Below, one piece after another: positions 45,676 through 58,400 of a stretch of DNA of 64,000 nt. The DNA is taken from assembly GCA_001275005.1 (NCBI GenBank), contig JWZX01003391.1, forward strand, positions 1-64,000. Direction: 5' to 3'. Every line of letters begins with the position of its first letter. Positions within the stretch are counted from its first letter, which is position 1. The translations under genes and the position numbers were made by a program. This DNA comes from Chrysochromulina tobinii (Eukaryota). The notes beneath the pieces are model-generated. The model did not search any database. It had not been told where the DNA came from and worked only from the letters and a program-made list of their open reading frames with translations.

Positions 45676-46575
45676 ATGCAAACGACGGAGATGCCCTCAC
45701 AGCCGATTCACGTCTACGTGCATACTCTCTGTTCTCTGCTGATCGTAGCGAGCGTGAGCAACCGCACGAATATCACATTGCACGATCGGAACCTGAGGAA
45801 GTTTGGGCCCGAGTGGAAGTGCGTCATGCTCACGTACTCGGAGCGCACCGATTTTCCGAAGAGGTGCGACGTCATCCGTCACGACAACACCTTCTGGGGC
45901 CAGATCCTCCACAAGAGCCTAGGACAGATCTCCACATACGGCTGCGGTAAAAAGCTGCTCATGTTGGACGACGTCGACCTTCTTGATCTCGACTTGCCGC
46001 GTCTGCAGACTTTTGCATCGCAGCACCGACTTGATGTGGCTTCGCCGACAGTGTTTGACGCACACTATAAATGGATGAGATTCACAAAGGATGGGCGAAG
46101 TCGCGAAACAGACCATCGCATGCGAAACAACACAGAAGCTGATGCTTACGAAGCGAAGTTGTCTTCGTTGCCTCGTGGCCAGTTCGTGGAATTCTTTGCG
46201 ACCCTGCTTTCTCCGCTGGCGTGGCTGACATTCTCGAAGCTGCTGGAGTTGATGCCCAATGGCAAAGGGTGGGGTTACGACATCTGTCTCGGCAGGCACC
46301 TCGTCTCCGGAGTGGACACGAGCCAACATGTGTTTCACACAGGGTCTCGTGTGTTAGCACATGCTAGAGGCAAGCTCGCGGCTGCGCTCAGGAAAGAAAG
46401 TGGTCAGCTCACGAGGATGTGCACTATGGAGTGGTTCAACAAGACTCAAGAGCATCCAGCCCGCGGCGCTCATGGCGGCGGCCGCGAGCACCAGCAACAC
46501 AAAGAGCGCGTCGAAGGACAGCTTGCTGTAGAAGCGCTCGCGGATGCGGAGCTGACTCGGTGGACTGTTCACTAG
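45676..46575 (+). CDS. DUF707-like (glycosyltransferase-like) protein
   Basis: LLMLDDVDL..LDVASPTV..FVEFFATLLSPLAW..KGWGYD; start uncertain. Confidence 0.6.
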   Translation: MQTTEMPSQPIHVYVHTLCSLLIVASVSNRTNITLHDRNLRKFGPEWKCVMLTYSERTDFPKRCDVIRHDNTFWGQILHKSLGQISTYGCGKKLLMLDDVDLLDLDLPRLQTFASQHRLDVASPTVFDAHYKWMRFTKDGRSRETDHRMRNNTEADAYEAKLSSLPRGQFVEFFATLLSPLAWLTFSKLLELMPNGKGWGYDICLGRHLVSGVDTSQHVFHTGSRVLAHARGKLAAALRKESGQLTRMCTMEWFNKTQEHPARGAHGGGREHQQHKERVEGQLAVEALADAELTRWTVH

Positions 46576-47055
46576 GTGGGCAGTATCCGGATAGAAGCCG
46601 CAAAAGGACGGGGTCCAGCCCTCTGCAGTGAGGTTGCCAGAGGTGACAAATGAGTCACCACTCGGCGGTCTCGTCGGCTGTTTTTGTAGTTTAAAGCCTC
46701 GGAGACCTGACAGGCGACCATGCAGGCGACACGCACCAGTCCGGTCGACAGCATGCTCGGTCCTGCTCCTGCCTGCTCCCCTCCTGCGTGGGTTTGGTTG
46801 GCGCGGCGGGGGGGTGTGGTCGCCGGTTCCGGCTTCCCCGGTCCACGGTCAGAGACGAGATCAGCCGGGTCCGGTCATGTGAGTCAGATCTCTGACGTCC
46901 GCGCAGAGCGCTGGCAGAGCGCCGCCTTGCCTGCCATTGCCCTTGGCAACATGGACAATACAAGTTAAATACATAATACAACAAGTTAGATCGGATCCAC
47001 AAGGCTCCTATGTGTCGTTAACCACTAGTCATTCTAAGCGATGCCACTAGTCATT

Positions 47056-49030
47056 CTAAGCGATGCCATTCTCTTGCTTGTACGTCCGCCAGAGGCTTCC
47101 CAATTCCGCCATGGTGAGTTTCTCACTCTTCTTCGACGCCCGAAACTGCGCCCAGCTGATCGGCGTCCAACTCAAAGCGGGAGTCGTCGTCGAGCATGCA
47201 TCGTTCGCGACTGCACTCGCGGGGGCGACAGCCTGTGCCGTGGATTTCGCGTCGAGGAGCGATGCAGGGGGGCCGCCGCCGTCGCTGCCGTCGCTGCCGC
47301 CGCTGCCGCCGCCGCTGCCGCCGCCGCCGCCGCCGCGATCGCGATCGCGATCGCCACCTGGGTGCCGCAGAGCCACCGCAAGCGCCACGTCGGCGCTTTG
47401 GCTTGGGCTGAGCTCGTCCGCGAGATCGAGAGCTCGTCGATCGAGGGCGTCGCGCAGCGCCGTACTGGGCACGCACTGGGCCCTTGCCAGCCCCTGGCAG
47501 AGCTGTGAGAGGCTCGCGCACCCCAGCTCGTGCACCACGGGCGTCATCGCGTCCATCAGGGCACCGAAGAGCTCCTGTGATGCTCGAGGCGTCGCCTCGG
47601 CCGTTGCAAATGCCCATATTAGGCATGACAGCTCTTCGGGGGTACAGGCGCGTGGCTCACGGCGCACGAGAGGCGCGGCCACGTCAGCGAGCGCGCCGAG
47701 CAGGCGTGGTGCACGGCTCTGGGCGGCGGCGTAGCCCCAGGCGGTGTGGGCGAGGGCCCACGGTTGGAAGTCGGAAGCTAGTGGCACCGCGGCCTTCGCC
47801 ATGGCGTCGAAGAGCTGTGGAGATCGACGCCCTGCCGTCGCAAAGGACCACGCGACCTGCGCAATGGCCTGCGGCTTGAAGTCGCTCAGCGTGCAGCCTG
47901 GGAGCGCACAGATGGCCTCCAAGGCCTCGAATAAGCGCGGCGTGTAGTGGCCGGCCTTGGCGAATGCGAACGCGAGCGCGGACAGCTCCCGCGCCTTGAA
48001 CTCGCCCACGACGGCGCCTGTGGACTGGAGCTCGTCCACGCGCGCACTGACGGCGGTCGCGATCGCATCGTACCTGATGTGGGACGCAATCATAGGTCAT
48101 GAGAGGCCGTCAGCGGTCATTAGCAATGGCAATCAGCGGCCATCGAGCCGCGCGCGTCGCTGATGAGTCGTACAATCGCGGCGCCTCGTGCTGCGAGGTC
48201 GTGTACGCCCACGCCATGTTGGCCAGGTGCTGCGGCGCGAGCTCGAGCACGCGCGCAGAGGCAGTCTCCGCTAGAGCATCGAAGAGCACCGGCGCCGGGT
48301 GCTTGGCCGTCGCAAAGGCCCAGCAAGTGTTCGCCATGTTCTGCGCATTCATCTGGAGAGGGTCGGAGGCGGCGGCGACAGCATCGTACAGGGCGGGCGC
48401 ATCGTGCTCGACGGTGGCAAACGCCCAGCAGAGATTGCTCAGCTCCTGCGGGTTGAAGGCGTCGATCTGGGCCTCCGCCACCTCTGCAAGGGCATCAAAT
48501 AGGTCTGGCGCCCGATGCCCCGCTGTCGCAAACGCCCATGCCGTGTTGCTGAGCTCCTGAGAGTTCATGCTGGCGAGACGCGTCGAGGCCGCCACGGCTG
48601 CGAGCGCCTCGAGCAGCCCGGAACGCGTCGGCGAGTCCGGGAAGCGCGAGCGCGCCACGCCGTAGATGACGTTGGCCAACTCGCGACCGCGCAGGCCACC
48701 GGCGAGCGCCAGCCTGGCGGAGCGGCCCATGAGCGGCTTGAGCTGCTCTTGCACCCGCGGCGACATGGACCGGTAGCGCGTGTAGCCGCTGCGTGATGCA
48801 CTCGCCGAGACGCGCGAGGACGTGAGTCTGCTCACTGCCATCCACGCAGCACTCAAGTGGATGTGGTTGAAATGCCGGCCGTGCTCCTGGTGAACGGACA
48901 TGAGCTCATCGATGCTGCTCGCCTTCTTGATCCACTGCGTGAGGATCCTCGGGTCGACCGTCGCCGGGGGTGTCATGGCCAGCGCCGTGACCATGTGTGC
49001 GAGAATGCGAAAAACTGTGGGCATTCGCAT
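47056..49030 (-). CDS. Octotricopeptide-repeat (OPR/FAST-like) organellar RNA-binding protein (2 exons)
   Basis: Many ~38-aa repeats (FNPQELSNLCWAFAT, MNSQELSNTAWAFATAG, LAPQHLANMAWAY) and FNHIHLSAAW; intron 48074-48173 (GTACGA..CATCAG on - strand) keeps frame. Confidence 0.85.
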
Positions 49031-49100
49031 TCTCCCGACGCCATGGACAGCATTCGCGTTGTGTTGAACAGTTTCCGCCATGCACCCGATAGGGATTCCC

Positions 49101-49180
49101 GGTAAAAAGACACCGGGGGGAGCCGGGACACACACGGGACACACGCGGGACACGCGGACGCACAAAGGCACTCGGATCAC
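49101..49180 (+). repeat. Dispersed repeat fragment (AAAAGACACCGGGGGGAGCCGGGACACACACG...)
   Basis: Related copies at ~19642-19664 and 62557-62589. Confidence 0.7.
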
Positions 49181-49418
49181 ACCGGTAGCCCCCGTGCTTG
49201 GGGGTCCGGTGAGCGTGCGCGTTGTATTGAACCGTATCAGCAGCCGCCGATTTATACACGTCCGAGCCGACGATGACGCTGTTGAGGTGTGAACGTGAAC
49301 TTTTCTCTGATCCCTCTTGTCTATACTTGTCGGCGCTTGGAAAGTTGCCGCGATAGAAAAGGCGTCGCGCTCGCTAGTTGAGGCACGCACGAGGACGAAC
49401 GCCCTCGAGCGCGGCCCG

Positions 49419-52400
49419 ATGACGAAATTCCGCCTCAAGGCGCCAATAAAGCCGCAGCTCCTACACATCCTGGAGGATTACCCGGGGGGGCAGCTGTTGA
49501 GTGAGGCGTTGCAGAATGCAGAAGACGGCGGCGCATCAGAGTTTGCACTGGTACTTGACCAGAGGACAGTGCGTGGCATCAGCCCCGAGTTGGGAGGTCC
49601 GGCATTCGTCCTCATCGACAACGGCTCCGGGTTCGGGGATAAAGCGTGGGAAAGTCTGCAGAATTTACACCAGTCGGAGAAGCGTGACTCACCCTCTTCC
49701 ATCGGCGCCTACGGTATGGGCAGCCGCTCTTACTTCCACTACTCGGATGTAACTCTGGTGGTGAGCTGTGGAGAATATGTTGGTCTCGACCCTCTTGAGG
49801 TGGTCTCGTCGCACGAACGTAAGGGCGAACAGGGATGGAAGGTCAACATCGCCTCCCCTGATGGCCACGTTGAGCAGCAGATTGCACGCGAGGCACAGTC
49901 GCTGTTCACACACGAGCTTGCTGAGCTCTGTCGTGGCTTTGATGTGATCAGCTGTGGGGCCATGTTTCGGCTGCCTTTGCGTCGCGATGAAGACGTTGCG
50001 CGAGAGGAGAGAACAAACACGGGCGTGCTCGGGCCAGCGATGCCATTGGAACGGGCGGAATCCTTGATGCACGGTTGGGCGGCCTCCGCGCCGCGACTAC
50101 TCCTATTTCTAACGAAGGTCAGACGCATCTCGATCTGGCGCTGGAGGGCGGATGCACCCGGACCCGACCTCATAGCAGCCGCGCAAAGGCAGACTGGCCA
50201 GGCACAGGTGCCGTTCGAGCGCATCCCGCACAGCCTTGGGGAGGGCCAAGCTGCCTCGTACGTTGCACTTCGTGAATGCATTCGCAACTTGAGCGCGGAG
50301 GAGCGTGCCGAGCTCTCGAAGATGCACGCCGATATCGTACACATCGAGGATGGTGCGGGCCATCCGGGCATGTCATGGCTCGTTGTTCAACGCTTCGACG
50401 TCGAGACGCGAGAGCTACTTGCCGCGCTGGAGGATGGTTGTAACGCCGTACCTGTTGTTGGTCTTGCGCTTCCTCTCTCCGTCACGGATGGCTCACAGAT
50501 TGAAGGGGTGCCGTTTTGCTTCCTGCCAGTTGGCAGCATGCGCACTGGCCTTCCGCTGCACATCAACGGCTCGTTTCATCCGACCCCCAACCGGCGCGAC
50601 CTATGGCTACCTGCCGCGGAATTGGATGGTGGTCATGAGAAGAAGGCGAAATGGAACGACGTGCTGATGCGACACGCTGTGCCGCGCCTCTGGCAAGATG
50701 CTTTGGTCAGCCTGACAGACCCGGCGTGGAAAGATGCCCGTGAGCTCGATGCGATACCTAGCGATCTGCTTCTCTCTTTGCTTCCAAACCTCGACGCTGT
50801 TCACGATAAGTGGCTGGTGGTCGCGCAGAACCTGTACAAGCGGCTCGGCGACGTGGCCATCTTGCCACACGCACGCGAGCCGCGGTGGGTAAAGCCCAAG
50901 GAGGCCCTGGCCTTCCGGACGCACACAGAGGACTTAGCTACTCACACGAGCCGCTTGATTGACTTGTACAAGCGCTGCCATCCGAACATCTTCGACGAGA
51001 CCCTCAAGCTAGGTGCCAAGTTCGTGGTGGATCTGCCGGCGCATGTGCAACAAGGAAGCGTCAACTACAGCTGCTTGAGTGAAACTGGCATTGAGCGTGT
51101 CATCTTTGCTGTCATTAAGGCGGATCATGAGGTGTGGCGCGCGCCTCACGTCACTGAGGAGGCGATACTCGCAAACTACAGTGCAAAGCAGCTCAAAGCT
51201 TTGGCGACGCATCACGGCACTCAGCTTGATGATGGCGCACTCGAGAAGCGTGAGATGGCGGCTCAGATGATTAGCCAGTCCAACCTTGGCCGTGCCGCCA
51301 ATGTGCTTCAGCCGATTCTCATGGCGCTCCTCCCGTACGCTGCTGCCCACTTCTCGCCAACGTCTCATCCCGATTGGCGAGAGCTTCTCTCCGGCGTCAA
51401 GTGGGTACCAACAGCTGCCAATCAACTCGTCGACTTGGCATCCGCGTTCGCGCCTCTGCCGGAGATAGATGAATGGGGGCTGAGTGTGGTGCAGCGCAAT
51501 CGGGCCGTCCTGGAATGCGAAGCTGGCGGCGTACGTGTCGCCATTGAGTGGGGGCTCAAGAAGCATCTCACCGCCGCTGATTGTCTCTTCGAGGCACAGC
51601 GTGTCGCAGATGAGAACCTAATGGAGATGGACGATCGGATTGATTGGGCACGGCGGCTGATCCGATATCTCAGCCACTTGCATGCAGCGGGGAGTGTCAC
51701 ATTCACCCGCAGCGAGATCATCGAGCTCAATAAGATTGCATTCCATCCCGCGCATGCGCCGTGTGCTCAAGTCGCGATCAGCTGGGCAGATGGGGCTGAT
51801 TTCCCGCGAGGAGGCCTGTGCCTGCGTGCTGCTGAGTCGCTCTTTGCAGAGCGTGACGCGCCGATCGTCTGGGCCTGCGCCGCCTATGCTCCAACGGGAG
51901 TCATAGCACCCGTGTTCAACTACAGCGCGGTGTCACCCTTGGTGCTCACGGGTCAAATCCAACGGATTGCGTCACTCGATCCGACTGGCTCTCACATCGA
52001 GGCTCTTGCCGAGCACCTTCTGAAAGCAGTGCGAGAGCTCAGCTCATTGTTGCCCCGTTCTACTGCAAATCGCGATCCGTCCGTGGACGCACTCTTGGCC
52101 CAACTTTCGGAGATGATTTGGGTCCCGGCGATGAGTGCTGAGTCGGGCAGCAGACTGCGCCTTTTCCAACCCAATCGCGTCGCAGCCAAGATGACCCGCA
52201 GCCTTTGGCCTCGCTTCGGTCGGTTACCTGACAGCTGGGGACGAGAGCCAAACGTGTGGCAAGTCCTCGAGCAAGTGGGCGCGGGTCACAGGATCTCGGT
52301 CGACATGCTTGCTCGCGAGCTCGCTTCCATCGCTGCAGATCACCCGGTCCGGAAGGTGAGCGCCGTGGTGGCCCAGAGGAACGAGACGCGCTTGGCCGAG

Positions 52401-55400
52401 CTGCAGGCGGAGCTCAAGGAGGCGGTCGAGGCCGAGGACTATGCCAAGGCGGCCGAGCTCAAGCCGCAGATCAAGGAGCTCAAGGCGACCATCGATGCGG
52501 CCACGGAAGCCGCCGTGGGCGGCCTGAGCGAGGACAGCTTGGAGCTCTCGATCAATCTCGCGAGTGAGCTTGCTGAACTGGGAAGCAATCGTGTTGGACT
52601 CGGCGTCGAGGTGCATGTACCAACGGCCTCAGGAAATCTTCTCCCTGCGTCCCAGGTGTTCATCAATGACGCACCGTGGCATGCGCAAGACACGGACACT
52701 CACGAGCTCCTGAACGCGAGGATCAGCCCCTCGCATGGCCGGGTCCTCGGCTGCTCGTCGGTCCGCGAGCAGCTGGCGCGCCAGTGCGAGGACATGGGCA
52801 TCGAGGGCGAGGATTTCTCTCAGCAAGAGGACCTTGCTCAGCGGATTGAAGGGCTCTTGCGCAAGTACGATGATGAGAAGGACATCTTTGTTGAGCACTA
52901 TCAGAACTGCGATGATGCTGGCGCAGACGAGGTCTTCTTCCTTCTCGATCAGCAGTCATACGGCACCGACCGACTCTTGACGCCAGAGTCAGCTGCGCTG
53001 CAGGGTCCCTCGCTCATTCTGGCGAGTTCAAAGCCACTCACCAGGGACGACCTGAATCGGATCAAGCAGCTTGGAAGCTCAAAGAAGCGTGCGGACTTCT
53101 GCAAGTTTGGCCGCTTTGGTCTGGGGCTGAACGCAATGTATCACCTGAGTGACACGATTCAGATCTTCGCACGGGATCTGAGTTTGGTTATTCTCGATCC
53201 GCTGGATCGCATCAAGATCGGCAACGGTGGCAAGGCTTTCACGCCTCATGGGCTTGCCAATCGCTTCCCTGACATGCTTGCAGGCTTTCAGAACTTTCCT
53301 GATGGCTATCCGACCATCTTTCGTCTGCCCTTGCGCAATGCGCCGTCTGATTTTGGTCAGAAATGGAACGCGCATAACACGTACCAGCTCCTCAAACGCT
53401 TTGCCGGCACGCAAGTCCAAGAGCTCCTTCTGTTCGCAAAGTCGGTCGGAAAGGTCACTTGTGGCGTACGCGATACAGTTGGGCACATCACGGTCCTATC
53501 AGAAGTGGCACGGGAGCTCCAAGCGTCGCGCTTCATGTCGCGACTGCCCAGTACCCTCGACGACGTGAAGGCGCTGGAGCGGACGCCAGACGAAGGGCTT
53601 GAGCGTGTCAAGATCGAGCGACGCACAGGGTCTGGATTAGCAGTCGAAGAGATGCACTGGCTCATCGCGCACTCGCTCTCTGTTGATGCTACCGGTATCC
53701 AATTGATTGTTGATGCATTCACGCGGAAGACAAAGCCGACGGCTTTGCTACCGCACGGGGCGGTCGCCCTCCGGCTCAACGCTGCGCCCGAGTACACTGG
53801 CAATGTTTCTGCCTACTTGCCTATCGGAATGGCGTTGGGATCGCCACTCGTGGTCCACGGCTGCTTCGCGCTTGATGACAGCCGCAAGCAGATACCATTG
53901 CCAGATGGCAAGGACCGCATCGATGGCCAGAATGATCGCAAGTGGAACCTCACACTACTCAACGGCCCGTGCATGCGGAGCTATGTCACAATCGTCGTCG
54001 AGTGTTGCAAGCTTGTCGACCGAAAGCAGATGAGTGTCGATGCATATTTTGGTATCCTCGGCTTGGACAGCGAGTCTGCCGAGGCGGCTGCGAGTGGCGC
54101 CGTCCGTGCAGCGTTGCGCGCAGCGGTCTGGTCTACTCTCTGCGCAAGCAGCATCAAGTTCATGCCAGTTGTGAGCCCAGCAGATAAGAGCGCAATCGCT
54201 TGGAAGGCGAACGCTCCGGATACAGTCCTGCGTACTCAAGGCCTCGACGAGCTTCTGCAAGACGAACTGATTCACGATGGGCTCATGCTGGTTGAGCTTG
54301 ACGATCGCTTGCGCACCTACCTTGACGACGTGCAGCATGCTGGGTCAGCGCAGCCACTCACGCCGAGAGGCCTGTGTGTTTTCCTCTCGGCAGAACAGCG
54401 TCGCAGGAGTCCAGAGCTTCTCCGGTCGCTGAGCTCGATCAAGCGAGCGATCGACCTACTTCACTTTGTCCTCCCAGCCCAGCTCTCAGCCCAGGAAGCC
54501 CCAATCGCACCGCCAGTTTGTATTGACTTTCTCGTCGGCACGCCGCTTCTTCTCCTACAAGACGAATCCATCGCTGAGTTCGGCGATGGTACGGTGCGCT
54601 TTTGGAATGATGCTGCGCCTCTCTTGCCACATGCGCCTCATCTGCTCTTGCATGAGAACGTGAGTGTGGCACTGCGCACGATCTCACGATCAGTCGAGTG
54701 CGTCAAAACGGCGTGCGCTTCTCTGGGCATCCGCAATCTCGTTTCAGCTGATCTCCTGGAAGAACATGCAGTCATTCATGGGCAGAAGCTCAACGAGAAC
54801 GACAAGTGGCTGGTCGCTTTTTGGGCATTGCTCGCATCGGAGATCTCCCAGAAAATAAACACTCGTCTTCTCGACAAGTTCAGCGATTGGCGCGTGCTCA
54901 GAGTCGCGCCGCTTGCAAATGAGGAAGGGCCTCAACATGTGCCTCTCGATTCAATGGGCAACACTTTCAGACTAGACTCCATCGACACTCAATGGCATTC
55001 AGACGTAATGGAATGGCTGCGTGCGATGAGAGTGCGAGTGCCAATCTTTGCAAACTATCCAATGCAGCTTCCAGCTGGCGATGAACACCTGGCCAACGTC
55101 CTAAAGCACGGTCTTGAGCATTTGACTGCCAAGATGCGGGAGGCCGTACTCAAATACTTCGCGTCGCGTCGACAGAACTCGAGTCATGTCTTGGCCACGA
55201 TACGCCGGATGCCGCTGTTTCTCAAAGCATGCCCCACGAGCTCAGAAGGCACAAGGGTCACGGCCAGTTCGGATGATCGTGGCGAGAAGGATCGATTTGT
55301 GTCTATTGATAGGCCAGATGTTTCCTACTACACGCTGTTTGACGTAAAGGAACAGAAGCACAAGCACGCCGGCAATCTGGCGGCGCTCGGTCTGATCGAC

Positions 55401-58400
55401 TGCTGCTTTCTTTCTCTGCCGCCCACAGGCGAGGTCCGAGACTTCTACTACAAATGCTTTGGAATCGAGAACTTAAGTACGCTCGATTTCGTGACCACCA
55501 TCCTTCCGTCGAAGCTATCCGACCTGCTTGCTTCTGAAGCAATGTCAGCTGCTCTCATCCATGAGTTTTGCTCATGGATCACTGAAGAGGACGACACCAT
55601 GTCCAAACGAGTCATCGACGCTCTCGTCGACATCTGTTTTGTGCCATGTCGAGATGGGCATCGACGAAAACCGAAAGATTTGACAGACCCTACTTTGGCA
55701 GTTGCCATTCAGTTTGAAGATGTCTTGGGATCTGTTCTCCCAACCAGAGAGGTCGCCCAACGCTACTTGAAGGCCCTCCAGAAGCTCGGAATGCGCGATC
55801 ATCTGAAGCCTGACAGCTTATTCGCTTGCGCACAGCATCTCGAGAGCTCTGTACGGCGGTCGATGCCGTTGACAGATACGGCGCCGTTGGCGGATTCCCA
55901 CATCTGGCAGAGTTTCCATCTCGTCGAGGCGTTGGCGAAAAACATCCGTCACTCGTTGAACAGAAGCGATGAAAAGAAGCGGCACATCCCTGCTCGTGTG
56001 AACGATGCGATGCGCATGCAGATCTTCTTGGCGGATGGACCGCCGAGCAGAGAGCTGCTGCTTGAGCACGTTGCACTACTCGCTAACGACAAGGAGCGGC
56101 CGGCACAAGCCATGCGGATCATCTCATGTGCAAATTCGTTGCTAACCTCCAAAGGCGCTCTTCCGTGGGCATGCATGCCAGTGCTGGCGCAAGCACGTGT
56201 CTTCGCGCAATATCCTCGAAAAATTGACAAGATCGGCGAGATCAGTGAGCTCGATCAGCTTGCAGAGAAACACAAGGAGCTCGTCGAGTCGAAATTTGGT
56301 ATCTTCTCCAGTCCTCCCGACACAGCCATGATACAGCACCTTGAATGGCTTGCTTCGGCGATCAATCAAGAACCTATGAGGGGCCGTTTCTACCACTACA
56401 AGCAGACCCGGACTATTGGACTGGATGATATACCAAATGTACTCCATGTCTCGGAATCGAACTTATTCTCCGAAGTGATGTCCATTCTGGACGCACTGAA
56501 TAGAAAACTTGAAGCGGTTCGAGCTTATCGAGTATCGGTCGAGGCACCGCAGCTTCAGGTGAACGCGCAAAAGCTACAAGCAATCTCACGGATTCCGTGC
56601 ATACCGCTCTTACCATCTGACAGTTTGCATACTCAATCATCTGATGCTGAACGACCATCGGTTTGGAATCAAGTTGTCAATATGGTTGAGCCCGCAAAAC
56701 TCTTTTGGACTCTTCCTGAGGGAACGGAGTGCCAAGAGCAGTTTTCGGCTGCAACACATTATACGCTAAGTTATAAGCGCCCCCTCCTAACGCAACTTGG
56801 TGTGCGACAAGCGCCCGCTATCGAAGATTGGGCGCAGGCCACACGCGAAACATACGAGCGGGTGCTGCAAGAAGAAGATCAGATCATGCTGCCGTCGGAC
56901 GTCGCATTGATCGAAGCAGCCGTCAAGGGCATTCATGACTGCGAGATGAAGAGCAGCATGGGTAACGCTCCCCAGGCTAATGTGCAGTCTGACACGACTC
57001 CACTTGAGATCTTCCTCATTGATGACGCCGAGGGAGACCAGAAGCGTATTCACGCATCGAGTTCTATGGTCTGGGCCGACGAGCCGAAGCTGAAGCGTCG
57101 CTGTGGCCCTTCCATGCGGGCCAGAGGCTGGCACTTTGTCAGTGCAGAGCTCACGCGAGGAAAAGCCGGATGTACCCTTGCCAGTCGCACAAAGATGCAT
57201 ATGCTGAGCGATCTGGTCGTCGAGACCATCGCAAGTGCGACTGTCGAAGTTGCCCTCGACGATGTGAATGACTTTGATCGCCGTCTCGGTATCTTGCTTC
57301 GATCCGAAGAGTTTGCCTATGCTTGTGTGTTACTCTCGAGCCACGGTGAACAAGAGTACCCGCGAGTACGACAGAAATTGAGCAACCTCATCATCAAGTG
57401 GGCAACTGAATTGCACAGCGTTGTCAAGATGAAGGAGGATCACGCGGAGATTGAGGAGAGCGGACGACTAATCGATACATTTATTCAAGATGGCGTTCTC
57501 TGGCTGCGCGTTGGCAAGCTTGGAGGCGAAGGAAGCGACTCGTTCTTGCGCGATATAGCCAGTAGCATCATGACGATAGTCACGTTAGGGCACCTGAAAG
57601 GTCTCGTGGATCTCATTTCGAAATGCTGGAATGGCGGACCAACAGAGGTTCAGAACTGCCTTGAAGAACTCAATGTTCGAGAGATGACTCACAGTTTGAA
57701 TTTTGAGGTGGGCCAACTCGTTCCAGAGAACATGATGAGATTTTGCGACCAGTCGTTGTACAGCCGCTTCATTTTCTGCGAAATCGTCGCGATAGACTCG
57801 TTTGAAAGTGAATGGGCCTCAAATGCGCAGAGTGGACCGCGAATGACCTATGCAGAGTACAGAGGCATCGTCGAGGACAGCGGCAGCGGCGGACAGTTGG
57901 CGCGCAAATATTACCTGTGGGAGGGCGGCATGGCCGAAGACGGCCGTGAAACCCTCGAGGTGCGTCCGCATGTTCAGGTCTATAAGATAAGTCGCAGGCG
58001 TGCGCAGCCTCCTCAGTTGCCTCATCTACAACACGACATCTCGGACGCCACGCAACTGCAGCGGTCTTTGGCCGGTGTGCCGACCACTGCAACAGAAGCC
58101 GCAGCGACAGACGACTTCAGTGACCTCTTCGATACCCTCCATCAGATGCTCACGATGGAAAAAGTCGCTCAACGTGCGTACGTGAGGCGCCTGTACCTCA
58201 CGTGGCATCCTGACAAGTGCGAAAAGCCGCATGCACCACGCGTTTTTGAGTACGTGCGCCGCTTTGCCAACCTCGCGCAAGCCGGGAAGGAAGACGAGCT
58301 CAGGGCATTCGTCACCAGCCTGACACCCGATGTGGAGATGCAAGTGCTGCATCAGGGCTATGAGGAGAGGCAAGAACACTCGTGGTTTGATGAGTTCCGA

